From positions 71,461-135,460 of the forward strand of contig CAIWMX010000125.1 in the NCBI GenBank assembly GCA_903913885.1: a DNA stretch of 64,000 bases, written 5' to 3'. Below are positions 51,338-62,397 of this stretch, piece by piece; positions within the stretch are counted from its first letter, which is position 1; each line of letters begins with the position of its first letter. The notes under the pieces are model-generated. The model had not been told where the DNA came from and did not search any database. It worked only from the letters and a program-made list of their open reading frames with translations. A program made the translations under genes and the position numbers. The stretch comes from an uncultured Bacteroidales bacterium (lineage in GTDB: Bacteria > Bacteroidota > Bacteroidia > Bacteroidales > FEN-979).

Positions 51338-51962
51338 GATAGCAATAATCGATGACCACGACCTTTTCAGGGAAGGCATCAGGCTTGTTTTAGGACAGAT
51401 CGAGCATTTTGAAGTTGTATTTGACACATCAAACGGGTTGTTATTCCTGGAATTTCTTCAAAATTCGTTTCCTGATGTGGTGTTAATGGATATTAACATG
51501 CCTGTAATCGACGGGGTTGAAACAACACGAAAAGCAATCGGGATCAACCCAAACCTGAATGTTATCGCCCTTACGATGTTTTCGGATACGACCCACTACA
51601 CGCACATGATCAATGCAGGGATAAAAGGTTTTATATTAAAAAAATCCAACAAGTACGAGCTTCAGCAGGCCATTCAAACCGTGTATGCAGGAGGCAATTA
51701 CTTCAGCCAGGAAATATTGCAGAAGATGGCCTTCCGGTCAGTTAATTTCTCAACGGGCCCCGATCGGATGACGCAACGCGAACTGGAAGTTCTGGATTTG
51801 GTTTGCAAGGGTTTAACTTCGCAGGAAATTTCAGATAAACTGTTTATCAGTGTGAAAACGGTCGAAGTGCACCGTGCCAATATTTTTCACAAATCCGATG
51901 TCAGGAATATTGGCGAATTAATCGTTTGGGCTATCAAAAACAACCACTTTTCGATAGCATAG
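51324..51962 (+). CDS. response regulator, NarL/LuxR family
   Basis: 212 aa. REC domain (IAIIDDHDLFREG..., VVLMDINMP) plus LuxR HTH (LTQRELEVLDLVCKGLTSQEISDKLFISVKTVEVHRANIFHK). 14-nt overlap with the kinase gene. Confidence 0.92.
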   Translation: MKQIKIAIIDDHDLFREGIRLVLGQIEHFEVVFDTSNGLLFLEFLQNSFPDVVLMDINMPVIDGVETTRKAIGINPNLNVIALTMFSDTTHYTHMINAGIKGFILKKSNKYELQQAIQTVYAGGNYFSQEILQKMAFRSVNFSTGPDRMTQRELEVLDLVCKGLTSQEISDKLFISVKTVEVHRANIFHKSDVRNIGELIVWAIKNNHFSIA

Positions 51963-51975
51963 TTACACCCTGTTT

Positions 51976-53145
51976 TCAGGCCCCCTTTTTCATCAGCAGC
52001 GTTGACCTGAAATTACTAAATGACATCCCTTTACTGGCTGAAACCGAGCGCTTCATCGAATTCACCGACCCGAAACCGCAAAGCAAAACGTACTGGTCCA
52101 GCAAATAGTCAGGATTTTCAAGCATTATGCGCTCCAGTTCCGTCACACGGTAACCATTAACAAAGGCACAGAAGTTCTGATTGAAGTTCTGGTTAATGGC
52201 AGCTGAAAGGTACGTTCTGTTTGTCCCGACAATTTTTGCCAGATCATGGATGGTCAGGTCGCTATTCAGGTAGATCTTGTTTTCCCTGAATTCCGACATG
52301 ATTTTATTAATAAAAATATCCTGCTCAATAACCGTTTGCTTTACCAATTGGGCAGGTTCATCTTCCATTGGCAGCTCCATGTCCGGATTGATCACCTTCT
52401 GTTTCGCCCCCAGGCTGCCGATGAGATACACGGCAACCGTTAAGACTGACCATCCCATAAAAATCATTTCATCCGCTGTCATTAAGAATGTGCGTCCAAC
52501 CACAACAAGGGCCAGGGTAACCATGCCCGACACGATTATGGACAAATTCAGCATTCGGGCATACTTTGCTTTGGCATCGCGCATGTCCGAATAAAACTTC
52601 ACAGCCCGGTCTGCATATTTATTGATAAGGATATGATTGGCGACTATACAATAGATACATTGGATTAGAAAACCAATTTGCAGCATTATTCGTGCAACAT
52701 GCAGAAATTTAATGGACTGCGACCCCGGATTGATGATTTTATTAAATAGCCATGCCTTGTATTCCGGCAAAGGGGCATTGAAAACGGCAATTGTGTAAAC
52801 AATGAAGATTGCCAGCGGGAGAAGAAGGAACCGTATGTGTTTTTTGAATGAAATTTTATCATCCACGGTTAGCAGCCTGAAATAAATATGGTACAGCGGA
52901 AAAACCATCATGCCAAAAAACTGCAGAAGCAGATCAAAACAGACATACCATTCGGGAAAAGGGGCAAAATACAGAAAGTGGCAGAATAAAACCAGGGCAG
53001 GCACCAGCATGAATACCGAAAGGTACCTTCGGGATAAATGATGGCCTTTATGATCACTCATCAGGGTGATTGCCCAGAATAATGACATAAATACCGGTGC
53101 CAATAAGATTACGATTCGTACCATACGTTGGCAAAAATAGCCCAA
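51976..53145 (-). CDS. membrane-anchored AraC-type HTH regulator
   Basis: 389 aa with about 7 N-terminal TM segments. C-terminal AraC HTH (LTIHDLAKIVGTNRTYLSAAINQNF..., LCGFGSVNSMKRSV). Confidence 0.8.
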   Translation of the reverse strand: MGYFCQRMVRIVILLAPVFMSLFWAITLMSDHKGHHLSRRYLSVFMLVPALVLFCHFLYFAPFPEWYVCFDLLLQFFGMMVFPLYHIYFRLLTVDDKISFKKHIRFLLLPLAIFIVYTIAVFNAPLPEYKAWLFNKIINPGSQSIKFLHVARIMLQIGFLIQCIYCIVANHILINKYADRAVKFYSDMRDAKAKYARMLNLSIIVSGMVTLALVVVGRTFLMTADEMIFMGWSVLTVAVYLIGSLGAKQKVINPDMELPMEDEPAQLVKQTVIEQDIFINKIMSEFRENKIYLNSDLTIHDLAKIVGTNRTYLSAAINQNFNQNFCAFVNGYRVTELERIMLENPDYLLDQYVLLCGFGSVNSMKRSVSASKGMSFSNFRSTLLMKKGA

Positions 53146-53153
53146 AAAATTAG

Positions 53154-53191
53154 AAATGTACCTTTTAGACGGTCAAAATGTACCTTTTGGA
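53154..53191. promoter_or_regulatory. direct repeat aaatgtacctttt(a/g)ga x2 with 22-bp period, upstream of the AraC-type gene
   Basis: Copies at 53154-53169 and 53176-53191, 9-46 nt upstream of the minus-strand ATG (53145). Confidence 0.4.
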
Positions 53192-53551
53192 TATTAAAGG
53201 TGGAGTTTTGAGATTAATTTGCCCCATTAAAAATGTTTCAATTACAAACTAAGAAAACCTGAAACTATGATTTTGGTTATGCTGCACAAAAGCTGATGTC
53301 GCGCTTTGTCACGTTTGATTCTACCCTGAATAATTATCGGCATTTGATCGTCTGTTCAAAGCTGAAATCACCTCTGTCGCGACAATACCCTGCAGTGCCT
53401 GCTTATGGATTGACGCAGCCGGCACGCATGGTGACCAAAGAAAAACAGATAACATTTTCAGCGGGTTGCGTAAACAGACTCCTGCACCGGTTATCAGAAA
53501 AAAATGAAAAAACTTATTACATTTGTTTGTCAATAAATTAAACGGCACATT

Positions 53552-54223
53552 ATGGCAAACCTGATTAAACCTGACCCAAGAATAATTTCATTTCTGACGT
53601 TGCGGAAAACGATAGGCTGGCTTGGGATCTTATTACCCGCCGCAATGCTTGTTGGGAATTTTTTATTCGGCAATTGCCACTACATACAAGATTCAAACAG
53701 TGATTATTACTACACCGTTACGGGCAGTTTGTTTGTGGGCATCCTGTGTGCTGTAGCCATGTTCTTACTTGCTTATAAAGGGTACCCTGACGACATAAAA
53801 GATAATATTGCAACAACGCTGGCAGGAATATGTGCACTGGGCATAGCCTTTTTCCCTACAAACGATACGAGTGCAAACAGTTGTGCGATTTTTCATCTGC
53901 CGTTAAGCGATGTCCGTGACATCGTTCATTTAGTTTGTGCCGCTTCCTTTTTCATATTATTGGCATGGCTATCCATATTCCAGTTCACGAAAAGCAAAGG
54001 AGTTAAAACAGATAAAAAGAGGATGAGGAACAAAGTGTATGTGGTTTGTGGGATATTAATTTTGGTTTTTATTGCTTTGATTGCACTTTATATGGCCTTT
54101 TTGAAGACATCAACCGCATTAAATAAATTAAAACCGGTATTTTGGTTAGAATGGCTTGCCCTGATAGCCTTCGGCATATCATGGCTGATCAAGGGAGAAT
54201 TGTTACTCAAAGACAACCCGTGA
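53552..54223 (+). CDS. polytopic membrane protein of unknown function
   Basis: 223 aa with about 6 hydrophobic segments. No family confidently recognised. Confidence 0.6.
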   Translation: MANLIKPDPRIISFLTLRKTIGWLGILLPAAMLVGNFLFGNCHYIQDSNSDYYYTVTGSLFVGILCAVAMFLLAYKGYPDDIKDNIATTLAGICALGIAFFPTNDTSANSCAIFHLPLSDVRDIVHLVCAASFFILLAWLSIFQFTKSKGVKTDKKRMRNKVYVVCGILILVFIALIALYMAFLKTSTALNKLKPVFWLEWLALIAFGISWLIKGELLLKDNP

Positions 54224-54285
54224 TAAAGTGGAGAAGGTGACGGCTTTGGTCGTTGCGGCTTGCTACAAAAACGTGATTTCCAAAC

Positions 54286-54350
54286 CCATAAAATGCGAAA
54301 TGGCGAACCGGTTTTCACCATTTCGCCATTTTGCTATTCTGCTATTTTTT
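54286..54350. terminator. dispersed intergenic element, copy B; bidirectional terminator-like hairpin
   Basis: 10-bp perfect inverted repeat aaatggcgaa (54298-54307) / ttcgccattt (54322-54331), followed by a T-rich tract on the plus strand and by tttt on the minus strand. Sits between the convergent 3' ends of ORF 53552..54223 and tRNA-Phe. Confidence 0.5.
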
Positions 54351-54356
54351 TTTCTG

Positions 54357-54429
<73 letters not shown>

Positions 54430-54501
54430 AGACCTCCCTGTAAAATTCGGGACTGCAAATGTACGAATGTTTTTGAAAAAACCAATACCTTTGGGAGAAT
54501 T

Positions 54502-54606
54502 TACGATTGACGATTGACGATTTTGGATTTACGATTTTTTTTTTGCAATCGTTAAGCAGCAATCAATCGTAAATCGTAAATTAAAAATCGTAAATCAAAA
54601 ATCCCC
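54502..54606. repeat. inverted pair of heptamer arrays: (tacgatt-like) x5 and (aatcgta-like) x6
   Basis: Left array 54502-54536 (tacgatt gacgatt gacgatt ttggatt tacgatt), then a T9 run. Right array 54565-54606 (aatcgta aatcgta aattaaa aatcgta aatcaaa aatcccc) ends exactly at the coaX ATG. Confidence 0.85.
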
Positions 54607-55341
54607 ATGGACCTCATTATCGATCTCGGCAACACCAATAAAAAACTTGCCATCTTTTATCAGGGCCAGCCAGTGGAAATGCAGCAATACCCGCTGCTTA
54701 CAATGAAAACCATCCGTGATTTCATCCAGCGCAACCCGGAAATTAAAAACGGGATCCTGTCGTCGGTCATCCCGCACAGAGAGTCGTTAGCCCGGTACCT
54801 GTCCTCTGTCTGCAACTTCATTGAACTGGACGAAAATACGCCCGTTCCGCTGAAAAACCGGTATAAAACGCCCCGCACACTGGGTAAAGACCGCCTGGCC
54901 GCAGCCGTGGCAGGCAGTGCCCAGTTTCCCGGCAGCAATGTACTGGTGATCAATACCGGTACCTGCATCACGTACGATTTTGTCAATGAAAACAACGAAT
55001 ATATCGGTGGAGCCATCTCCCCGGGAATTCTCATGCGCTTCCATGCCTTGCATACTTTTACAGGCAAATTACCGTTAGTCTCTTTCCACGACCAGGAGAT
55101 CCTTACCGGAACAGATACGCGTGAATCGATCCTTTCAGGCGTACTCACGGGGGCAGTGGCTGAAATTGAGGGCATTACTGCCCGTTACCAGCAGAAATAC
55201 CCTGATTTAAAGGTCCTTCTAAGTGGCGGAGATCAAAAATATTTTGATAAGCGGCTAAAAATTAGCATCTTTGCACGACCAAATATCGTCCTACACGGTT
55301 TACAACAAATTCTTGCGTTTAATGTCAATTACACCAAATAA
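54607..55341 (+). CDS. coaX: type III pantothenate kinase
   Basis: 244 aa. MDLIIDLGNTNKKLAIF (DxGNT), GKDRLAAAVAG and INTGTCITYD motifs are typical of CoaX. Confidence 0.9.
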   Translation: MDLIIDLGNTNKKLAIFYQGQPVEMQQYPLLTMKTIRDFIQRNPEIKNGILSSVIPHRESLARYLSSVCNFIELDENTPVPLKNRYKTPRTLGKDRLAAAVAGSAQFPGSNVLVINTGTCITYDFVNENNEYIGGAISPGILMRFHALHTFTGKLPLVSFHDQEILTGTDTRESILSGVLTGAVAEIEGITARYQQKYPDLKVLLSGGDQKYFDKRLKISIFARPNIVLHGLQQILAFNVNYTK

Positions 55342-56608
55342 CCTACGGCTCCCGATCCTTATTTGCTCCTTGTTTCTAAGCCTGACTTTGTTTTCCCAGA
55401 TCCGGATCGCCTCACCCTACTCGCGTTTTGGCATTGGCGACCTGTCGGACAACAACAACGCCTGGAACATGACAATGGGCCAGCTTGGCATCGGCGCGCA
55501 AAGCCCCTATCACGTCAACAACACCAACCCGGCCTCCTATATCGCCTACGACTCCCTTTCCTTTATTTTTGAAGGCGGGTTCAACGGCCAGTTCGTCACC
55601 CTTACCTCCAGCCTGCAATCGACCAGCCGCAACTATGCTTCACTGGGCTACCTGCTTTTCGGCATGCCGGTGAATAAATGGTGGAAGACCAGCCTTGGGC
55701 TGGTGCCGTTCAGCGATGTCGGCTACAATGTTGCGATCAACGACAGTTATGTGGCCACCGGGAGGATTCAGCGAAACTATGCCGGATCAGGCGGAATTAA
55801 CCGTTTTTACTGGGGAAATGCATTCCGGCCTTTTAAGAATTTTTCGATCGGGGCCAATATTTCCTATCTTTTTGGCAGTATGAAACGGGATGCCATCGTA
55901 CTTTTTCCCGATTCGGCCTACACGATGAATTTCAGGCAATCGTACTACGTTACCATGAACGATCTCTATTTTGATTTCGGCGCACAGTACCGGATTAAAC
56001 TCAAAAATGATCTTTCGCTCACCCTTGGCGCAGTGTTTGCTCCAACCCTGAGCATGGCCGCAAAAACCGACATCCTGGCCTATACTTTCCTTTCAAACTC
56101 TTCAGGCACCGAAATACCCCGCGACACCCTTATAAAGCAAACCGGCTATTCAGGCAGAATCGTCGTCCCGACCATGATTGGCGGAGGGTTTTCGTTTGAT
56201 AAAACAGACAAGTGGCTCATCGGCGTTGATTACAAATGGCAGAACTGGCAAAAGTTCAGTGCATTCAACCAGAGCGATTCGCTGGTCAACAGCTGGCATG
56301 TTTCGGCCGGTGGAGAGATTATCCCGAAAATCGACAATTATACTAATTTCCTGGCCCGGATGCATTACCGGCTGGGATTCTCCTACACAAAGACCTATCT
56401 CCACCTTCGTGGCCAGGATATCAACGAATACGGCATGTCGTTCGGGATCGGGATTCCGCTGCGCGGCATGAAAACCATGCTGAATGTGGGAGGTGAATAC
56501 GGATCACGGGGAAACACCAACGAAGGTCTCATCCGCGAAAGCTATTTCAAAATTGTCGTCGGGTTCTCCATCTACGAACGATGGTTTATCAAACGTAAGT
56601 ATTTCTAA
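55322..56608 (+). CDS. outer-membrane beta-barrel-like protein of unknown function
   Basis: Start taken at MSITPNNLRLPILICSLFLSLTLFSQ (signal peptide). SPYSRFGIGDL follows the signal peptide. C-terminal ...WFIKRKYF (aromatic terminus). Position between coaX and lptC is conserved in Bacteroidota, from memory. Confidence 0.65.
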   Translation: MSITPNNLRLPILICSLFLSLTLFSQIRIASPYSRFGIGDLSDNNNAWNMTMGQLGIGAQSPYHVNNTNPASYIAYDSLSFIFEGGFNGQFVTLTSSLQSTSRNYASLGYLLFGMPVNKWWKTSLGLVPFSDVGYNVAINDSYVATGRIQRNYAGSGGINRFYWGNAFRPFKNFSIGANISYLFGSMKRDAIVLFPDSAYTMNFRQSYYVTMNDLYFDFGAQYRIKLKNDLSLTLGAVFAPTLSMAAKTDILAYTFLSNSSGTEIPRDTLIKQTGYSGRIVVPTMIGGGFSFDKTDKWLIGVDYKWQNWQKFSAFNQSDSLVNSWHVSAGGEIIPKIDNYTNFLARMHYRLGFSYTKTYLHLRGQDINEYGMSFGIGIPLRGMKTMLNVGGEYGSRGNTNEGLIRESYFKIVVGFSIYERWFIKRKYF

Positions 56609-56610
56609 CC

Positions 56611-57171
56611 TTGAACGCTTCCTTTTTTCTTAAACTTTCCTTTATTGCTGTATCCGCGGTGATGCTGCTTGCCTGCAACAAAACCCCGGAAACCGCTGAT
56701 TTTATTAAAGCAGCAGAGGATGACCCGGTGATGGCCGCCCACAATATCGAGGTACTGTTCAGCGATTCCGGAAAAATCGAGGCCAGGCTTACCAGCCCGC
56801 TGATGAACCGCTATACCGGCGAAGCTCCCTTCATGGAATTTCCAAACGGGTTCAGGGTTGTCATGTTCGACTCGGTGATGCAAACCGAATCAACCATCAC
56901 CGGCAACCGTGGAATGCGAAGGGAATTTTCGCGCGTGATGGAAGCCTGGGGCAATGTGGTTGTGCGCAATGAAAAGAAAAACGAGCAGCTCAATACCGAA
57001 CACCTCGTGTGGGATGAGCTTAAACACAAGATTATGTCGGATGTGAAAGTAAAAATCACCAAGCCCGACCAGGTCCTCTACGGATCGCGACTCGAATCAA
57101 ATGAAACCTTTACCATTTACACAATCCTGCAACCCACCGGGCAGATGGATGTGAAAAAAGATTCGATCTGA
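56611..57171 (+). CDS. lptC: LPS export periplasmic protein LptC-like lipoprotein
   Basis: 186 aa with a TTG start. Lipoprotein signal (...AVMLLAC). OstA/LptC-like beta-jellyroll pattern (VLFSDSGKIEARLTSPLMNRY...AWGNVVVRNEKKNEQLNTEHLVWDE...). Confidence 0.6.
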   Translation: MNASFFLKLSFIAVSAVMLLACNKTPETADFIKAAEDDPVMAAHNIEVLFSDSGKIEARLTSPLMNRYTGEAPFMEFPNGFRVVMFDSVMQTESTITGNRGMRREFSRVMEAWGNVVVRNEKKNEQLNTEHLVWDELKHKIMSDVKVKITKPDQVLYGSRLESNETFTIYTILQPTGQMDVKKDSI

Positions 57172-57255
57172 TTCCCCGGGAACACATTTTCCAAAAATTC
57201 TTCCCTTCCGGGCATATCAAATAACAGAAATACCGTCGATTAAAGGCATCATTGC

Positions 57256-57286
57256 TTTGTTGTTTACCGAAAATTCTATACTTTTG
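57256..57286 (+). promoter_or_regulatory. Bacteroidota sigma-A-type promoter (TTTG-N19-TACTTTTG) for ppiD
   Basis: -33 TTTG at 57256-57259, a 19-nt spacer, and -7 TACTTTTG at 57279-57286. ATG is 32 nt downstream. Confidence 0.55.
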
Positions 57287-57317
57287 CACCCTGTTTTAAA
57301 TTAAAATAAATAATAGC

Positions 57318-59435
57318 ATGGCGATTATTGGAAAAATCAGAAAGCATTCCGGACTGGCTGTCATCATCGTGGGCGTTGCAATTGCCGCCTTTGTGATAGG
57401 GGACTTTGGAAAGAAACGTGTCAGAGGCACCGACGATATCGGGGTGGTTAACGGAGAAAATATTCCTTACGTGGAATTCAATGTCAAAGTTGAAAAGAAC
57501 CTTGAAGCCCAGAAAGAATCTGCAGGGAAAGAAAAAATCACAGACCAGGAGACTTATCAGGTGCGTCAAAGCACATGGACTTCGACCGTGAAGGAGATCC
57601 TCATGGGCAATGAATACAAGGAATTGGGTGTTACTGTTACTCCCGAGGAACTTTTTGACCAGGTACAGGGCAGGCAACCGCACCGGTACATCCTTCAGTA
57701 TTTCAAAGACCCCGCCACCGGTCAGTATAATCCGGCTATGGTTCTCAATTACCTCAAGAACCTTGACAAGATGGAACCCAAAGCCAAAAACCAGTGGCTC
57801 GCCTTTGAAAAGGCCATCAAGGACGAACGCCAGGAGACAAAATTCAACAACCTGATCACCAAGGGATTTTATACTCCGAAAGCGTTCCTCAAAAGAGAAT
57901 ACGTCAACCAGACGAAGGCGCTCAAAGTCTTCTCCCTCTCGGCTGACCTCGCTTCCATTCCCGACAATACTGTTAAACTGACGGATGAGGATTTCCAGAA
58001 ATTCTATGACAAGAACAAAGTCTATTTCCAGATGGACGAAGCTTACCGCGACCTCGACTATGTCGTGTTCGAAGTAAAGCCGTCGGACATCGACCGGAAA
58101 AAAACTTCGGCTGATGTTGCACAGCTTTTCAAAGATTTCCAATCTAGTTCGGATGTGATGAATTTCACCAACGCCAATTCCGACACTAAAATGGATACCG
58201 CCTATGCAAAAAAAGGCAAATTTCCATCCCAGCTCGATACTTTGCTTTTTGCAGCCAAACCGGGCACGGTTTTTCCCCCTTTTGAACTCAACAATTCCTG
58301 GTATATGGCCAAACTGATCGACCTCCAGGAACGTCCCGACTCGATGAAAGGTTCTCAAATCCTGCTCGCTTTTGCAGGCACAGGAAACGAAAAGATCACG
58401 CGCACCAAGGCCGAAGCCAAAGCAAAGATCGACAGCCTGATGACCGTGCTGAAAAAGAACCCGGCGCTTTTTGCAGATGCCGCTAAAAAATATTCCGATT
58501 ACCCTTCAGCCAAGGAAGATGGCGGAGACCTGAAATGGTTCCCCGACGGAAATCCAAATTTTGACCCGTTTTTCAAAGCAGGCCTCGAGTTAAAGACCAA
58601 CGAAATGAAGGTTGTTGAAACCCGTATCGGTTATTCCATCTTTAAACTTACCGACAAATCCAAATCTGTAGCGAAGGTCAAGGCAGCCGTACTTACCCGT
58701 GCCATTGAACCGAGCAACCAGACTTTCCAGGATACCTATATGAAGGCAAGTACTTTTGCCGGACAGAACAAGACCCCCGAAACCTTTGAAAAAGCATCGG
58801 TGGAAAAAGGCCTGCAGAAACGTTCCGCCCCGAATGTCCGCGAAATGGACAGCTACGTCAGCGGCCTGCAGTCGGCCCGTGAAATGGTACGCTGGGCTTT
58901 TGCCGAGACTACCAAGATTGGTGAAGTGAGCCCGGTATTCGACTTAAGCGGGAAATATGGGATCGCCATCCTGAAAGGGATCACCAAGAAAGGTCTGCAA
59001 CCGCTCGAAGCCGTAAAACCCCGCGTTGAACCGTCGGTAAAGAACATGAAGAAGATCGACATGGCATGTGAGAAAATCAAGCAGGCGATGGCTTCCGCTA
59101 AAGATATCGCTTCACTGGCAGCCAAACTGAATGTGAAAGTGGATACTGCCATGGTTACGTTGTCGGGCTACAGCCGTTCGAATATCGGCCGTGAAATGGA
59201 GATCGTCGGAAAGCTTTTCTCCTTGAAAAAAGGAGAAGTGCAAGGACCCCTCACCGGGAATTATGGCGCTTATGCAGTTTACATCAGTGAGGTCATCGAA
59301 GCGCCTGCAAAGGATAATTTCATCGCGGAGAAAATGCAGCAGGAACAGAATTTCAATCAGCGCGCAGCAGGAGCCCTTTATTCTGCCCTGGAGAAATCTG
59401 CCAAGATCAGCGACAATCGTTTACGTTTCTATTAG
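57318..59435 (+). CDS. ppiD: PpiD-like periplasmic chaperone / peptidylprolyl isomerase
   Basis: 705 aa. MAIIGKIRKHSGLAVIIVGVAIAAFVIGDF is the typical PpiD N-terminal anchor. SurA-N-like and parvulin-like regions (AKKYSDYPSAKEDGGDLKWF). Confidence 0.85.
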   Translation: MAIIGKIRKHSGLAVIIVGVAIAAFVIGDFGKKRVRGTDDIGVVNGENIPYVEFNVKVEKNLEAQKESAGKEKITDQETYQVRQSTWTSTVKEILMGNEYKELGVTVTPEELFDQVQGRQPHRYILQYFKDPATGQYNPAMVLNYLKNLDKMEPKAKNQWLAFEKAIKDERQETKFNNLITKGFYTPKAFLKREYVNQTKALKVFSLSADLASIPDNTVKLTDEDFQKFYDKNKVYFQMDEAYRDLDYVVFEVKPSDIDRKKTSADVAQLFKDFQSSSDVMNFTNANSDTKMDTAYAKKGKFPSQLDTLLFAAKPGTVFPPFELNNSWYMAKLIDLQERPDSMKGSQILLAFAGTGNEKITRTKAEAKAKIDSLMTVLKKNPALFADAAKKYSDYPSAKEDGGDLKWFPDGNPNFDPFFKAGLELKTNEMKVVETRIGYSIFKLTDKSKSVAKVKAAVLTRAIEPSNQTFQDTYMKASTFAGQNKTPETFEKASVEKGLQKRSAPNVREMDSYVSGLQSAREMVRWAFAETTKIGEVSPVFDLSGKYGIAILKGITKKGLQPLEAVKPRVEPSVKNMKKIDMACEKIKQAMASAKDIASLAAKLNVKVDTAMVTLSGYSRSNIGREMEIVGKLFSLKKGEVQGPLTGNYGAYAVYISEVIEAPAKDNFIAEKMQQEQNFNQRAAGALYSALEKSAKISDNRLRFY

Positions 59436-59459
59436 GAATATAAAACCCCATATTCAAAA

Positions 59460-59493
59460 GGCTGTTTCGCTAATGTGAAACAGCCTTTTTTTT
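59460..59493 (+). terminator. rho-independent terminator downstream of ppiD
   Basis: ggctgtttc-gctaatgt-gaaacagcc (9-bp perfect stem) followed by T8. Confidence 0.8.
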
Positions 59494-59530
59494 GAATAAT
59501 CAATATTCATGTATTCATCCGGGCAGCAAA

Positions 59531-59553
59531 GAAAAAGCCGGCTATTAACCGGC
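59531..59553 (-). terminator. rho-independent terminator downstream of atpC
   Basis: On the minus strand: gccgg-ttaatag-ccggc followed by TTTTTC. About 40 nt after the atpC stop. Confidence 0.55.
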
Positions 59554-59593
59554 TCATCCTTTTTATTCTATAAAGTGTGCGATTGAATCCCTT

Positions 59594-59836
59594 TTACTCG
59601 GCGAGTACCAGTATTTTGTTGTTGAGGACCTCGATCACGCCTCCCTTTATTTCGAAGAATTGTTCCTCTTTGGCTCCTTTGTTAACCAGTTTGATCCTAC
59701 CCTTCTGAAGAACGGAGATTAGCGGGGCATGGTTATTTAAAACCTCAAACGACCCGTCGATGCCGGGTAACTGGATCAGTCCGACATTGTCGCCGGTAAA
59801 AATGGTAGAGTCGGGTGTGATAATTTCAACTTTCAC
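59594..59836 (-). CDS. atpC: F0F1 ATP synthase subunit epsilon
   Basis: 80 aa. MKVEIITPDSTIFTGDNVGLIQLPGIDGSFEVLNNHAPLIS is the epsilon N-terminal beta-sandwich. Directly downstream of atpD. Confidence 0.9.
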   Translation of the reverse strand: MKVEIITPDSTIFTGDNVGLIQLPGIDGSFEVLNNHAPLISVLQKGRIKLVNKGAKEEQFFEIKGGVIEVLNNKILVLAE

Positions 59837-59855
59837 TGTTCGAGATTAACTGTTT

Positions 59856-61451
<1,596 letters not shown>

Positions 61452-61480
61452 TTATTTCATGTGAACATAACAAATTACCG

Positions 61481-62344
61481 ATGAAGTTTCTAAAATTGTG
61501 GATGTTGCCTATTTTGTTAGCCCCTCTTTTCTCTTTTGCACAACGAAACGTAAATGCCATCATTGATACGGTTGAAACGCCAAACGGAGCTGCTGTTCTT
61601 TATAAGAATTTCACATGGGAATACCTGCAGAACGAGCCGGTACTTATGACCCAGGATGAAGACTCAACAGGCTTGTTTTCTGCACAATGGATTAACAGCA
61701 CCATTTTTGCCTACCGGGTGCATCTCGATTCAATCCACGATACCCTGATCATGCTCACCTCCGGCGACCGCACCTTCACCCTGCCGATCTATGGCCATTT
61801 GTTCAGGGGATTTACCTATGCACACAAAGGCCTTGATATCAAACTGAACAGGGGCGATACGGTCAAAGCCGCTTTCGACGGGGTAGTCAGGTATGCCAGA
61901 TACAACCGCGGCGGTTTCGGGAACCTGATCATCATACGCCATTATAACGGACTGGAGACCTATTACGGCCACCTGTCGAAGATCCGCGTCAAAGTGAATG
62001 AAGTGGTGAAATCGGGAGAACGCATTGGCCTGGGAGGATCAACCGGCCGGAGCCGCGGGCCGCACCTTCACTTTGAAGTACGATACAAGGATATCCCGCT
62101 TGACCCGCTGCGGCTGATCGATTACGACAGCCAGAAACTCATTTCCAATACTTTCCCCATCACCAAACGGGTTTTCTTCCCCAACGATTATACTGCAGAT
62201 GCACTCATTGTAAAAATTAAACGGGGGGACACTGTCGGGAAACTTGCACACCGGTATCACACATCGGTAAAGGAAATCTGTGCAATGAACAAGATCAAAC
62301 AAACCAGCAGGTTGCAGGTTGGCCGCTCGATCAGGGTCAGGTAA
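61481..62344 (+). CDS. M23-family peptidoglycan metalloendopeptidase with C-terminal LysM domain
   Basis: Start at MKFLKLWMLPILLAPLFSFAQ (signal peptide). M23 motifs HKGLDI..., GGSTGRSRGPHLHFEV. C-terminal LysM (IVKIKRGDTVGKLAHRYHTSVKEICAMNKIKQTSRLQVGRSIRV). Confidence 0.88.
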   Translation: MKFLKLWMLPILLAPLFSFAQRNVNAIIDTVETPNGAAVLYKNFTWEYLQNEPVLMTQDEDSTGLFSAQWINSTIFAYRVHLDSIHDTLIMLTSGDRTFTLPIYGHLFRGFTYAHKGLDIKLNRGDTVKAAFDGVVRYARYNRGGFGNLIIIRHYNGLETYYGHLSKIRVKVNEVVKSGERIGLGGSTGRSRGPHLHFEVRYKDIPLDPLRLIDYDSQKLISNTFPITKRVFFPNDYTADALIVKIKRGDTVGKLAHRYHTSVKEICAMNKIKQTSRLQVGRSIRVR

Positions 62345-62378
62345 TAATTAAAAATTACGAATTAAAAATTACGGGTTA
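62344..62378. repeat. 7-bp tandem repeat (ataatta aaaatta cgaatta aaaatta cgggtta)
   Basis: Hand-phased heptamers starting at the last base of the TAA stop (62342-62344). Same aaaatta family as 25224-25258. Confidence 0.8.
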
Positions 62379-62397
62379 CGCTGGGGGCACCTGCTTT

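Noticed and set aside
53296-53548. 81-aa (+) and 75-aa (-) ORFs in the 53.1-53.55 kb intergenic region
   Set aside because: They are mutually overlapping, have no signal or motifs, and sit in an AT-rich promoter-like region between divergent genes. Treated as non-coding.
57276-58358. 360-aa minus-strand ORF
   Set aside because: Antisense to ppiD, whose N-terminal anchor, promoter and terminator are all consistent with the plus strand. The translation has no motifs.
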